DNA from: an uncultured Candidatus Saccharibacteria bacterium
GTDB taxonomy: Bacteria > Patescibacteriota > Minisyncoccia > Phycocordibacterales > XYD1-FULL-46-19
Direction: 5' to 3'
Assembly: GCA_964510655.1 (NCBI GenBank)
Contig: CAZEAY010000003.1
Coordinates: 18,924 to 82,923, forward strand
Length of the DNA stretch: 64,000 nucleotides
Under the pieces are notes generated by a model. The model worked only from the letters and a program-made list of their open reading frames with translations, did not search any database and was not told the DNA's origin. The position numbers and the translations under genes are program-made. Positions 29,631-37,390 of the stretch are shown piece after piece (within the stretch, counting starts at the first letter, position 1; every line of letters starts with the position of its first letter).

Positions 29631-30293
29631 CTAAATCAGACTAGTTTGCCATAGCCAATACAAGACCGGTAGAATGATATAGAAAGAATAATGAATAATA
29701 TAGCTCCAGAGAAAACCATAACGATTCCTGACAATTAAGTAGGAAAAAATTTCTCCAGCAAAGAAAGAGGTAGAAATAAAAACAGCTGACAGCCAAGTGG
29801 TTGAAATATACAAAAGTGGCAAATGAAGGATCAAAACATAGAGACCAAAAAAACCAACATCTTTTCTTTGAGGCAATCCATTTTCAAAAAGATAATCAAT
29901 CGCTACGATAAAAAAAGCTTGTTGAAACATAATTTCGAAAGCTTTAGAGATTAAGAAGGTATTATTAACCTGAAGAGCCCAGTGCAAAGAGGACCGAAAC
30001 TCATTAAATTGAGTCGGAATAATAAAGTGGTCTAAAAAATAATAAATGGCTAGTCCTAAAACAAGAGAAATGGAAGCAATCCCAATTTCTTCAGAGGAAA
30101 AATGGTTGGCATGAGCCTTAATCCTTGTCCCTAAAAAAGTATAGAGAATAGCAATAATTAAGGCGAAATAACCACAAGTCAAGAGGTAGTTATTTACATA
30201 ATCAATTCCGTTTTGTTCCAACAATAAAACAAAAACAGCCCAAGAAGCAAACCAGGCTAAGGAAATAAGAGAAATATTTTTTAGCGTACGCAC
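29631..30293 (-). CDS. Multi-TM membrane protein (possibly CPBP/Abi-like)
   Basis: About 7 TM segments; EIMFQQ, HLP and IIH motifs loosely resemble CPBP metalloproteases. Confidence 0.6.
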   Translation of the reverse strand: MRTLKNISLISLAWFASWAVFVLLLEQNGIDYVNNYLLTCGYFALIIAILYTFLGTRIKAHANHFSSEEIGIASISLVLGLAIYYFLDHFIIPTQFNEFRSSLHWALQVNNTFLISKAFEIMFQQAFFIVAIDYLFENGLPQRKDVGFFGLYVLILHLPLLYISTTWLSAVFISTSFFAGEIFSYLIVRNRYGFLWSYIIHYSFYIILPVLYWLWQTSLI

Positions 30294-30315
30294 AGACTAA
30301 GAATAACAAAGATTA

Positions 30316-30605
30316 GAAAAAATAAAAATCCGATTTAAATCGGACTTTTATTTTTTGTGCGCGGGAGAAGAGTTTCACTGCTCGCTTCGCTGCGCTTTAG
30401 AAACCAACGGTTTCTAATTTTTTCCTCCACGATCTTCGTCTTGTGTTTTTTAACAAAAACATCCGCAACGCGAATTAATGCTTTTTTATAAATGAACGTT
30501 TCTCTTGTAAAAAACATTAATTCGACCGTTGCCCGACCCCTTCCCAGTTCAAGTTTTACTTTTTTCCCAAATAAAAAAATCCAGTTTTAGCTGGATTTTT
30601 TTATT
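30316..30605 (-). other. Structured tRNA-Leu 3' trailer with anti-T-arm segment and duplicated tRNA 3' end
   Basis: 15-bp direct repeat 30357-30371 = 30608-30622; inverted T-arm copy 30546-30557; several hairpins; terminal hairpin 30317-30356. Confidence 0.75.
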
Positions 30606-30695
30606 TGGTGCGCGGGAGAAGACTTGAACTTCCATGCCTTGTTAAAGGGCGCTACCACCTCAAGGTAGTGCGTCTACCAATTTCGCCACCCGCGC
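30606..30695 (-). tRNA. tRNA-Leu(GAG)
   Basis: GCGCGGG/CCCGCGC acceptor, CTACC-TTGAGGT-GGTAG, long variable arm, encoded CCA. Confidence 0.96.
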
Positions 30696-30776
30696 ATTGC
30701 AATTTCCCTATTATACGCAAAATCGTCTAGTTTACAATAAAAAAATCCGGACTTAACCGGATTTTTTCTTTATTAT

Positions 30777-31268
30777 TTATTTTGCTTCTTCAGAGGTTTC
30801 CTCAATAATCTCTTCTCCCTGCATCAGTTCTGGTGAGATATCCCCAGTCTCAATCCCTTCCACCACTTGAGCGACCAATTCATCAACCTCCCTATCAGCC
30901 ACTGGTTTACCAGCAATTTTGCGCATTCGACGACGAATTTCCTTGGCGGCCTTATCACGAATATAGTAAAGCTTAGCCTTAGAAACCTTAGCCCGTCTCA
31001 ATACTTCTACTTTATCAATGTTAGGAGAATAAATTGGAAAAACCTTTTCCATACCAACCCCACTAGCTACCTTACGAACAGTAAAAGTAGCGCCGGCTTC
31101 GGTGCCGTGTTTATGAGCAATAATCAAACCTTCATAAGCCTGAAGACGAACTTTGCCTTTTTCTTGAATTTTTTGCCAAACCTTAACTGTATTACCCGGA
31201 CGAAGATCAAGCTTTTTACGCTTTTCCATGTCGACAGGAGAAATTTTTATTGATGTCTTAGTTGCCAT
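30777..31268 (-). CDS. rplS: 50S ribosomal protein bL19
   Basis: RPG.TVKV...I.E..K.R.Q.YEG, TFTVRK...GVG.EK.FP..SP, AKLYYIRD. Confidence 0.97.
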   Translation of the reverse strand: MATKTSIKISPVDMEKRKKLDLRPGNTVKVWQKIQEKGKVRLQAYEGLIIAHKHGTEAGATFTVRKVASGVGMEKVFPIYSPNIDKVEVLRRAKVSKAKLYYIRDKAAKEIRRRMRKIAGKPVADREVDELVAQVVEGIETGDISPELMQGEEIIEETSEEAK

Positions 31269-31280
31269 AATGGGAAAAGC

Positions 31281-32012
31281 TTAGCATAAGTTTTCAATAC
31301 TTTCAAGGGCAGACCGAAAATCAGCCGGCAAAGGAGACTCTATTTTAAATAGCTTATCCTGGTAGAAAAACTCAATACTGTGAGCATGGAGAGCTTGACG
31401 AGAAAGGCCCGGCAAACAAGGCAAATTAGGGGCATACAAAGCATCACAAACAATAGGATGGCTAATGGCTTTAAAATGGACACGAATTTGATGCGTCCGG
31501 CCAGTTTTTGGATAAGCTTCTATATAAGTAACATTTTTAAACTTTTTTAAAATTTTATAATCTGTTACAGCTTCTCGCAATTTCCCGGGGGATTTCAGTC
31601 GAGCCACCCTCACTCGAGGATCTTTTTTACTTCGACCAATCGGTAGGTCAATAGTCGCCTCTGTCCCCTCTTCTTGCTTAAATTCGCCACTAACTAAAAG
31701 GCGGTATGTTTTTTTAATTGTATGATTTTGAAACTGCTCTTTTAAAGACAAATAAGTTGTCTGATTTTTTGCTATCAATAAAACCCCACTCGTATCTTTG
31801 TCTAATCGGTGAACTATCCCTGGTTTAAGAATTTTTTCTCCATTTAAACCAAGTATTGGTTCTCCAACGTCGGATAAAGCTAGGTATTTTTCTATCAACC
31901 AACTAGCAATAGTCTCTTCCTCCTTTCTCCCGTCTCCGTGAACAGAAATACCTGCCGGCTTATCTAAAACCAGCAAGTTTTTATCTTCATACAAAATCGG
32001 TATGTCAATCAT
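31281..32012 (-). CDS. RluA/RluD family pseudouridine synthase
   Basis: KPAG..VH, VHRLDKDTSG, TGRTHQIRVH, LHA. Confidence 0.95.
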   Translation of the reverse strand: MIDIPILYEDKNLLVLDKPAGISVHGDGRKEEETIASWLIEKYLALSDVGEPILGLNGEKILKPGIVHRLDKDTSGVLLIAKNQTTYLSLKEQFQNHTIKKTYRLLVSGEFKQEEGTEATIDLPIGRSKKDPRVRVARLKSPGKLREAVTDYKILKKFKNVTYIEAYPKTGRTHQIRVHFKAISHPIVCDALYAPNLPCLPGLSRQALHAHSIEFFYQDKLFKIESPLPADFRSALESIENLC

Positions 32013-32088
32013 AAAACCATCTTAACTTAAAATTAGCAAAAAACAATTTTTGCAAAGACTCTGGCTTTGTGTTATAAATGAAGAACTT

Positions 32089-32161
32089 GCGCGGTTAGCT
32101 CAGTTGGTAGAGCAACCCGTTTACACCGGGAAGGTCGGGGGTTCAAGTCCCTCACCGCGCA
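32089..32161 (+). tRNA. tRNA-Val(UAC)
   Basis: GCGCGGT/ACCGCGC acceptor, loop TTTACAC, T loop TTCAAGT. Confidence 0.95.
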
Positions 32162-32309
32162 CAGCGAGCAAAGCGAGATGGCCGGGAAAAAGGCAATTTT
32201 TTGCCTTTTGAGAGGGACTTGAAAAGGTTGAGCTTATCGCACGGAGCAAAGCGAGTACGATACGAAACCTGTACCGAATCTGTAAGATTCAAGTCCCACA
32301 CCACCAACC
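32162..32309 (+). other. Structured tRNA-Val 3' trailer with anti-T-arm segment and duplicated T-arm
   Basis: GAGGGACTTGAA (32212-32223) is complementary to tRNA 32142-32153; TTCAAGTCCCACACC (32288-32302) repeats the tRNA at 14/15. Confidence 0.75.
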
Positions 32310-32315
32310 CCTTCT

Positions 32316-32390
32316 GCCCTTGTAGTTCAATGGATAGAACAGCGGACTTCTAAGCCGTTAATGTTGGTTCGATTCCAACCGGGGGCACCA
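32316..32390 (+). tRNA. tRNA-Arg(UCU)
   Basis: GCCCTTG/CGGGGGC acceptor, loop CTTCTAA, encoded CCA. Confidence 0.93.
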
Positions 32391-32403
32391 ATATTATATT
32401 TTC

Positions 32404-32733
32404 TTAAAGACCGGGATCGGAAACAGCTGGTTTAATATTAGATAGGGTTTCCAACTCAAACTCCCTTTTAGAACGATCTATTAAAATAGATTTCATTTTA
32501 GTCTCATCTAATGTCTCTATGGCCGAAGTAGAGCTTGCAACAATGGAAACCTCCCGCCTGGAAAGCTCCATTTTTAAAAAAAATAAAACACTAAACACAA
32601 CCGCCAACCCGACAAAAAATATCACCACCAAAACAGACCAGATATAGGCTGGCTTAATAGACAGTTTTTCTGTATCGTAATCACGTAGAGCGCTTAGCGA
32701 CCGCAAACATTTTTTAAATTGAATAAAGTGCAT
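32404..32733 (-). CDS. Single-TM protein, last gene of pilMNO cluster
   Basis: One TM, C-terminal DP motif, operon position. Confidence 0.55.
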   Translation of the reverse strand: MHFIQFKKCLRSLSALRDYDTEKLSIKPAYIWSVLVVIFFVGLAVVFSVLFFLKMELSRREVSIVASSTSAIETLDETKMKSILIDRSKREFELETLSNIKPAVSDPGL

Positions 32734-32754
32734 AAGTTCTAATAGTTAGTCTAT

Positions 32755-33282
32755 TTATTCTGTAGTGGGAATACCTACTACCAGACTCCCCGACCAAGCG
32801 CCAGCCGCCTTCAATTCAACACCACGAGACAGTGAAATTTTTTCAAAAGAGACCCAGTAATCACTATTTTCCAAAAGTTTAATAAAATAATAAATATTAC
32901 CATAACTACCCTTAACACTAATATCAAGCATCACCCGTTCCCCGTCCGTAGCATTATTTAAAGTATAATTAATTCCACTCTTGCTCGCTAACTTTTCTAA
33001 AGCATCAAGAGCTAAGACTTTTTCCTCAGAAGAGATAAAATATTTGTTTAAAATTTCCACCGACTCAGCTGACCGATCTGCCGCCACTTTATTAAGAGAT
33101 ACTTTACTTTTTTTAGCGGTCAACTCTTCTAGTTTGCCGAGAATCTGAGCATTTTGGTCAGACAGACTGATTAGTTGGCCTAAACACCAAAACAAAAATA
33201 TCACCAAAATAATATCGGCTAAAATAATCAAAGCAGCAGTATAATATTTTGTCTTAAGGTGTAACATTTTTTTGTAAATCAA
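32755..33282 (-). CDS. PilO-like protein
   Basis: TM, coiled coil, then L..LA..SG and GSY.NI..FI..LE motifs. Confidence 0.7.
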   Translation of the reverse strand: MIYKKMLHLKTKYYTAALIILADIILVIFLFWCLGQLISLSDQNAQILGKLEELTAKKSKVSLNKVAADRSAESVEILNKYFISSEEKVLALDALEKLASKSGINYTLNNATDGERVMLDISVKGSYGNIYYFIKLLENSDYWVSFEKISLSRGVELKAAGAWSGSLVVGIPTTE

Positions 33283-33817
33283 CCAAAGTAATCACAATAG
33301 AAAAATCACTCTCCCCACCCTTAATCAGATTAGCGAAGGGAGAATCAACAGACGCAAATAACGGGTCTTTTTTAAGATTGTTAATGAAATTAAGTAAATC
33401 ATTCCTTTGTCTAGACATCCCAGATAAAGTTAATTTCCAGTCACTGGACTCAACTTTTCCAATATCAATATTTTTTAATTTTATACCGACAGGCTTTGCC
33501 ACCATTATCCGATCAAAAATTTCAGAGGGAATATGAAGTGAGGAACGTTCCATCGTGAGTGTTTTAATCATCTTATTAGCCTTAACCATTTGGGATGAAT
33601 AATAATCAAACTCTTTTATCTCACCCCCCAGATTTTCAATCTTTAGAGCCTCAGTTAATGAATTATTATTAATATTTAACGCCACATAAAAAGAAACCAA
33701 ACCAACTGCCAAAAAAAACAACAACAGGCCGATAGCTATCCCCAAACTAATAATGACCCGAGAACGATATTCGGTGGAGATTATTTTTTTATCTGTTGGC
33801 AAAAGTAAGTTAATCAT
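33254..33817 (-). CDS. PilN-like protein
   Basis: MINLL, TM, P.GI.L..I, L.G.S.....L..F...L......F..V. Confidence 0.8.
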   Translation of the reverse strand: MINLLLPTDKKIISTEYRSRVIISLGIAIGLLLFFLAVGLVSFYVALNINNNSLTEALKIENLGGEIKEFDYYSSQMVKANKMIKTLTMERSSLHIPSEIFDRIMVAKPVGIKLKNIDIGKVESSDWKLTLSGMSRQRNDLLNFINNLKKDPLFASVDSPFANLIKGGESDFSIVITLVDLQKNVTP

Positions 33818-34917
33818 AAATGAATAGCTTCCTGGGTAATTCCTCTTAGAGCCAAACCAATCGCCGTCACATAGCGCAAAGAATTATTAAAATCCAAAGG
33901 TGGAATTTCCTGACTAATATCCATAAAGGAAGACCAGGGATTACCGATTTCTACTGGGGCATAAAAGTTTACGGAAAGATATTCTGTCATGCCAGGAAGA
34001 GTCGCTTGGCCACCGTAAAATAATATCTTGCTTATCCCAACACCAACCTCATGACTTTCTCTCATGTTTTGCCAATAAATATAGAGTCGACCCATTTCAT
34101 CCTTAAGGGCGGAAATAGCAGGAATAAGAGCGTCAAATACCGTTTTATTATTAGGGGAATATAATAAACCCTTTTTTATTTTCAATTGCTCAGCTTCTTC
34201 ATAACTTACATTCAAAGATTTTTCGATAGCCCGAGTCAAACTATCACCACTAACACTCTTAATGGTTGAAGCGAACAAAACGGCCCCCTGGCTAACAATA
34301 GAAAAACCGGTCCGAGTTTTCCCGATATCTACCACCATGTAAGTCCCCCCATCATTTGAGGAAACAAGCGCCCTGGAAGCTGATTGAACTTCAACCTCCA
34401 AACCAGCCACCTGAAAACCAGCCATTTGTAAAACGGAGGTGTAATCAGCCGCTAAGTTTTTGGGAGAAATAAAGACACCTAAAATATAATTTTCTTGGGG
34501 GGTTTTTGGTTCGTGATATATTTCATAATCAAAAATTACCTGGTCGACAGGAAGAGGAATATACTCCTCCAATAAAAGTTCAATGCTTCCATGCAACTCA
34601 CTTTTCTTTACCCATGGGACACTCATTCTAACCACAAAAGTCTCTTCTTCTGGCAATGAAGCATAAACATAAGTAAAATTATTATCTTTTCTTATTTTAC
34701 TCAGCGTATCAATAAGAGCTTCTTTATTTACAATTTTACCAGACACAATTATGCCGGCCGCCAGACTCACATCACCACACTTAGACAGACGATAGCCCTT
34801 TACCGAAGGAGACAACTCGGCAAATTTAATTGAAGTATCAGAAATATCAATTCCCACAGTAGATAACTCTAGGTATTTAGGGATAGGAAATAGTTTAAAA
34901 AAACGAGATAGGTGCAT
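33814..34917 (-). CDS. pilM: Type IV pilus assembly protein PilM
   Basis: VGIDISD.SIK, IPLP.D....DY, VDIG..RT, GG.A..PG, AIGLALR. Confidence 0.92.
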   Translation of the reverse strand: MHLSRFFKLFPIPKYLELSTVGIDISDTSIKFAELSPSVKGYRLSKCGDVSLAAGIIVSGKIVNKEALIDTLSKIRKDNNFTYVYASLPEEETFVVRMSVPWVKKSELHGSIELLLEEYIPLPVDQVIFDYEIYHEPKTPQENYILGVFISPKNLAADYTSVLQMAGFQVAGLEVEVQSASRALVSSNDGGTYMVVDIGKTRTGFSIVSQGAVLFASTIKSVSGDSLTRAIEKSLNVSYEEAEQLKIKKGLLYSPNNKTVFDALIPAISALKDEMGRLYIYWQNMRESHEVGVGISKILFYGGQATLPGMTEYLSVNFYAPVEIGNPWSSFMDISQEIPPLDFNNSLRYVTAIGLALRGITQEAIHL

Positions 34918-34967
34918 ATCTCATTTATTATACCGTGAAGATCTTTTTAAATGAATAGGAAAAGTGT

Positions 34968-35348
34968 CTATCGGCGAGAAGCTAAATAGCTTTCTAAAAT
35001 AATTGCCGCCGCCCGAGCATCAAGATTATCATCGTCACCAACGATTCTGGCCGCCTCACGACTAGAATAAGTTTCTATTTGAAAATTTACCGGTAGTCCT
35101 GTTTCTTTTTTTAAACTTTGACCAAAAATCTGAGAGGATTCCAAAATAGGATTTGGTTGACCTTTAAAATCTCGCGACTCTCCAATAACTATTTCGGCCA
35201 CTCCCTCCTTAAGACAAATATTCTTAACTAAAGAAACGACATCTTTTCCATTAGAAACCACCGAGTATGGATAAACAAAATTACCCACCTCATCTGAGAG
35301 GGCTAGACCAATATTTTTATGTCCATAATCTATTCCCAGATAACGCAT
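34968..35348 (-). CDS. yqgF: YqgF/RuvX family nuclease (pre-16S rRNA nuclease / HJ resolvase-like)
   Basis: MRYLGIDYG...IGLALSD, IVIG, E..SS..A, D..AAAIILESYL; ATG 35348 abuts the tRNA-Ser CCA. Confidence 0.92.
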   Translation of the reverse strand: MRYLGIDYGHKNIGLALSDEVGNFVYPYSVVSNGKDVVSLVKNICLKEGVAEIVIGESRDFKGQPNPILESSQIFGQSLKKETGLPVNFQIETYSSREAARIVGDDDNLDARAAAIILESYLASRR

Positions 35349-35438
35349 TGGCGGAGGGGGCGAGATTCGAACTCGCGATACCCTTTCGGATATGACGGTT
35401 TTCAAGACCGTTCCTTTAAACCACTCAGGCACCCCTCC
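35349..35438 (-). tRNA. tRNA-Ser(UGA)
   Basis: GGAGGGG/CCCCTCC acceptor, ACGGT-CTTGAAA-ACCGT, long variable arm, G73 plus CCA. Confidence 0.96.
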
Positions 35439-35564
35439 TCACCAATACATCCTAACAAATCAAGAGTCAAAATCAAACATCTTATTATTCTCATTTTTAA
35501 CTTATAATTAATTATCTATTTGTCCCCTTTTGCTACACTTGAGGCGATGTTACAATATTTACTA

Positions 35565-36062
35565 ATGGAAGAAGACTTAACACAAGAAGACCAACCAATA
35601 AAAAAAGAAGTGGGTGAAGAAATTTATTGGGAATATTACGAATATGAATTTCAAGAAAAAACAGCCGATTGGTTTTGGATTTTTGGGACAATTGCATTAT
35701 TACTAATAATTATTGCCCTGATCCTAAAAAACTTTCTTTTGGCCTTAATTATTTTACTAAGTGCCTTTATTTTAGGCACTTATGCCAAACGACCACCAAG
35801 TCTTATTACTTATGGACTCGGCCGACACGGAATAAAACACGGATCAGACACTTTCCGTTATGAGACAATAAAATCTTTTTGGATAAACAAACAAAGCAAT
35901 CACTTAATAATAGAATCGACCCGAATGATCAAACCCCATATTTCTATCCCCCTAGGAGAAACTGACCCCGAACTTATTCGCAAAAAACTACTACCCATTA
36001 TTAAAGAACAAGAATACCGCGGTTCAATTTCGGATTTTATCAGTGATTTTTTTGGATTTTAA
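35565..36062 (+). CDS. Two-TM membrane protein with PH-like C-terminal domain
   Basis: W...EY....K..DWFW, two TM, GI......Y..IKSFWI; start 35547 or 35565. Confidence 0.7.
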   Translation: MEEDLTQEDQPIKKEVGEEIYWEYYEYEFQEKTADWFWIFGTIALLLIIIALILKNFLLALIILLSAFILGTYAKRPPSLITYGLGRHGIKHGSDTFRYETIKSFWINKQSNHLIIESTRMIKPHISIPLGETDPELIRKKLLPIIKEQEYRGSISDFISDFFGF

Positions 36063-36248
36063 AAAAAGAAAACTCGACAGGAATCTTCCATTACATGGAC
36101 GATACAGCTTTCCCATTTGTTCAGATGGGTACATCCTCACAAATAAGGGAGAAGCTCTTCGATTCCTGTACGCAAGGTGCGCAGACACCTTGCTCGAGGT
36201 CACAAAATTAACAAAAGCCACTTTAAACAGTGGCTTTTGTTAATTTTG
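36062..36248 (-). other. Structured tRNA-Arg(GCG) 3' trailer with anti-tRNA arm and duplicated 3' end
   Basis: 28-bp perfect IR 36195-36222/36229-36256 reaching into the acceptor stem; TTCGATTCCTGT 36158-36169; direct repeat 36073-36085 = 36253-36265. Confidence 0.8.
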
Positions 36249-36320
36249 TGACCTCGACAGGAATCGAACCTGTATCGTGGGATCCGCAATCCCATATTCT
36301 ATCCGTTGAACTACGAGGCC
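36249..36320 (-). tRNA. tRNA-Arg(GCG)
   Basis: GGCCTCG/CGAGGTC acceptor; TGGGA-TTGCGGA-TCCCA anticodon arm. Confidence 0.94.
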
Positions 36321-36430
36321 CTAAAACATTTTTTAAAAAAATGTTCGGGCGAACCTCTTTTGCCAAAAAGAGGTTTTAGCCTCTTTATAGACAAAGATAT
36401 CTTAACATAAAATGCCTAAAAATAAAGGGT

Positions 36431-36461
36431 AAAGAAAAACCCGCTTCTAGCGGGTTTTTCT
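36431..36461 (-). terminator. Terminator after rpsT
   Basis: AAGAAAAACCCGCT-TCT-AGCGGGTTTTTCTT. Confidence 0.75.
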
Positions 36462-36462
36462 T

Positions 36463-36726
36463 TTAGCTAACTTTTTTAATTTGAGCCGTCAGTCGAGATT
36501 TTTTTCGAGCCGCCGTGTTTTTCTTAATCACCCCCTTCTTAACTGCCTTGTCAATTGCTTGATAGGCCTTAGATAAAGCTGATTTAGCCTCACTGGCTTT
36601 TTTGTCAACCAGAAGTTTTTTAACCTCCTTAACGGTTGATTTCATGGCCTCTTTGCGTTTCAAATTGAAAACTTGTTTTCTCTTTGAACCGCGTAGAGCT
36701 TTTTTGGCTGATGTGGTAATAGGCAT
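36463..36726 (-). CDS. rpsT: 30S ribosomal protein bS20
   Basis: MP...SAKK.LR, IDKA.KKGVI.KN.AARKKSRL. Confidence 0.97.
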   Translation of the reverse strand: MPITTSAKKALRGSKRKQVFNLKRKEAMKSTVKEVKKLLVDKKASEAKSALSKAYQAIDKAVKKGVIKKNTAARKKSRLTAQIKKVS

Positions 36727-36810
36727 AGAACCAAATATAACAGGGTTTATTTATAAAATCAAGGGTTGTAAAAACTAGTCGACATTAGGACCTTTTGCTA
36801 TGATGAGAAG

Positions 36811-37386
36811 ATGATTGGACAACTTATTGGTAATATTACCTATAGCGGAGATAAGTTTATAATATTAAATGTTGGCGGAGTAGGATACAAAATATTTACA
36901 ACAGCCGAATCTAAGCTCTTTCTAAGTAAAAACCAAGAGGGTTCTACCCTATGGACACATTTGGTAGTCAAAGAAGACGCCTTGGATTTGTATGGATTTA
37001 CCACCCAAATTGAATTAGACTTCTTTGAGCTCCTGATTACCGTTTCTGGGATAGGTCCTAAAAGCGCCTTAGGAATTCTGTCTTTGGCGGGAATCGAGAC
37101 TCTCCGCAAATCAATCTCATCAAACAATACCGAATATTTGATTAAAATAGCTGGCATCGGCAAGAAAAGTGCCGAAAAAATTGTCCTGGAGCTAAAAGAT
37201 AAAATTGGCAAACTTGGTGAGACACTACCAGGCCAAGATCTCGACAAGGAAGCTGATGTCTTAAACGCTCTCCAGGCATTGGGCTACTCAACCAAAGAAG
37301 CTCACGAGGCGCTCAAAAAGATACCAAGTGAAATAACTGACGTTAGTGAAAAAATCAAACAAGCCCTTAAACAATTAGGAAAATAA
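36811..37386 (+). CDS. ruvA: Holliday junction branch migration protein RuvA
   Basis: V.GVGY, EDA..LYGF, VSGIGPK.A, GIGKK.AEKI..ELKDK, AL..LGY. Confidence 0.97.
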   Translation: MIGQLIGNITYSGDKFIILNVGGVGYKIFTTAESKLFLSKNQEGSTLWTHLVVKEDALDLYGFTTQIELDFFELLITVSGIGPKSALGILSLAGIETLRKSISSNNTEYLIKIAGIGKKSAEKIVLELKDKIGKLGETLPGQDLDKEADVLNALQALGYSTKEAHEALKKIPSEITDVSEKIKQALKQLGK

Positions 37387-37390
37387 TTTT

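Noticed and set aside
30335-30517. 60-aa ORF in the tRNA-Leu trailer, and ORFs 36024-36221/36043-36243 in the tRNA-Arg trailer
   Set aside because: No initiation signals or protein motifs; the sequence is better explained by base-paired structure.
35349-35507. N-terminal extension of ORF 34968-35432 and antisense ORF 35319-35507
   Set aside because: Both run through tRNA-Ser; YqgF similarity starts at MRYLGID (35348).
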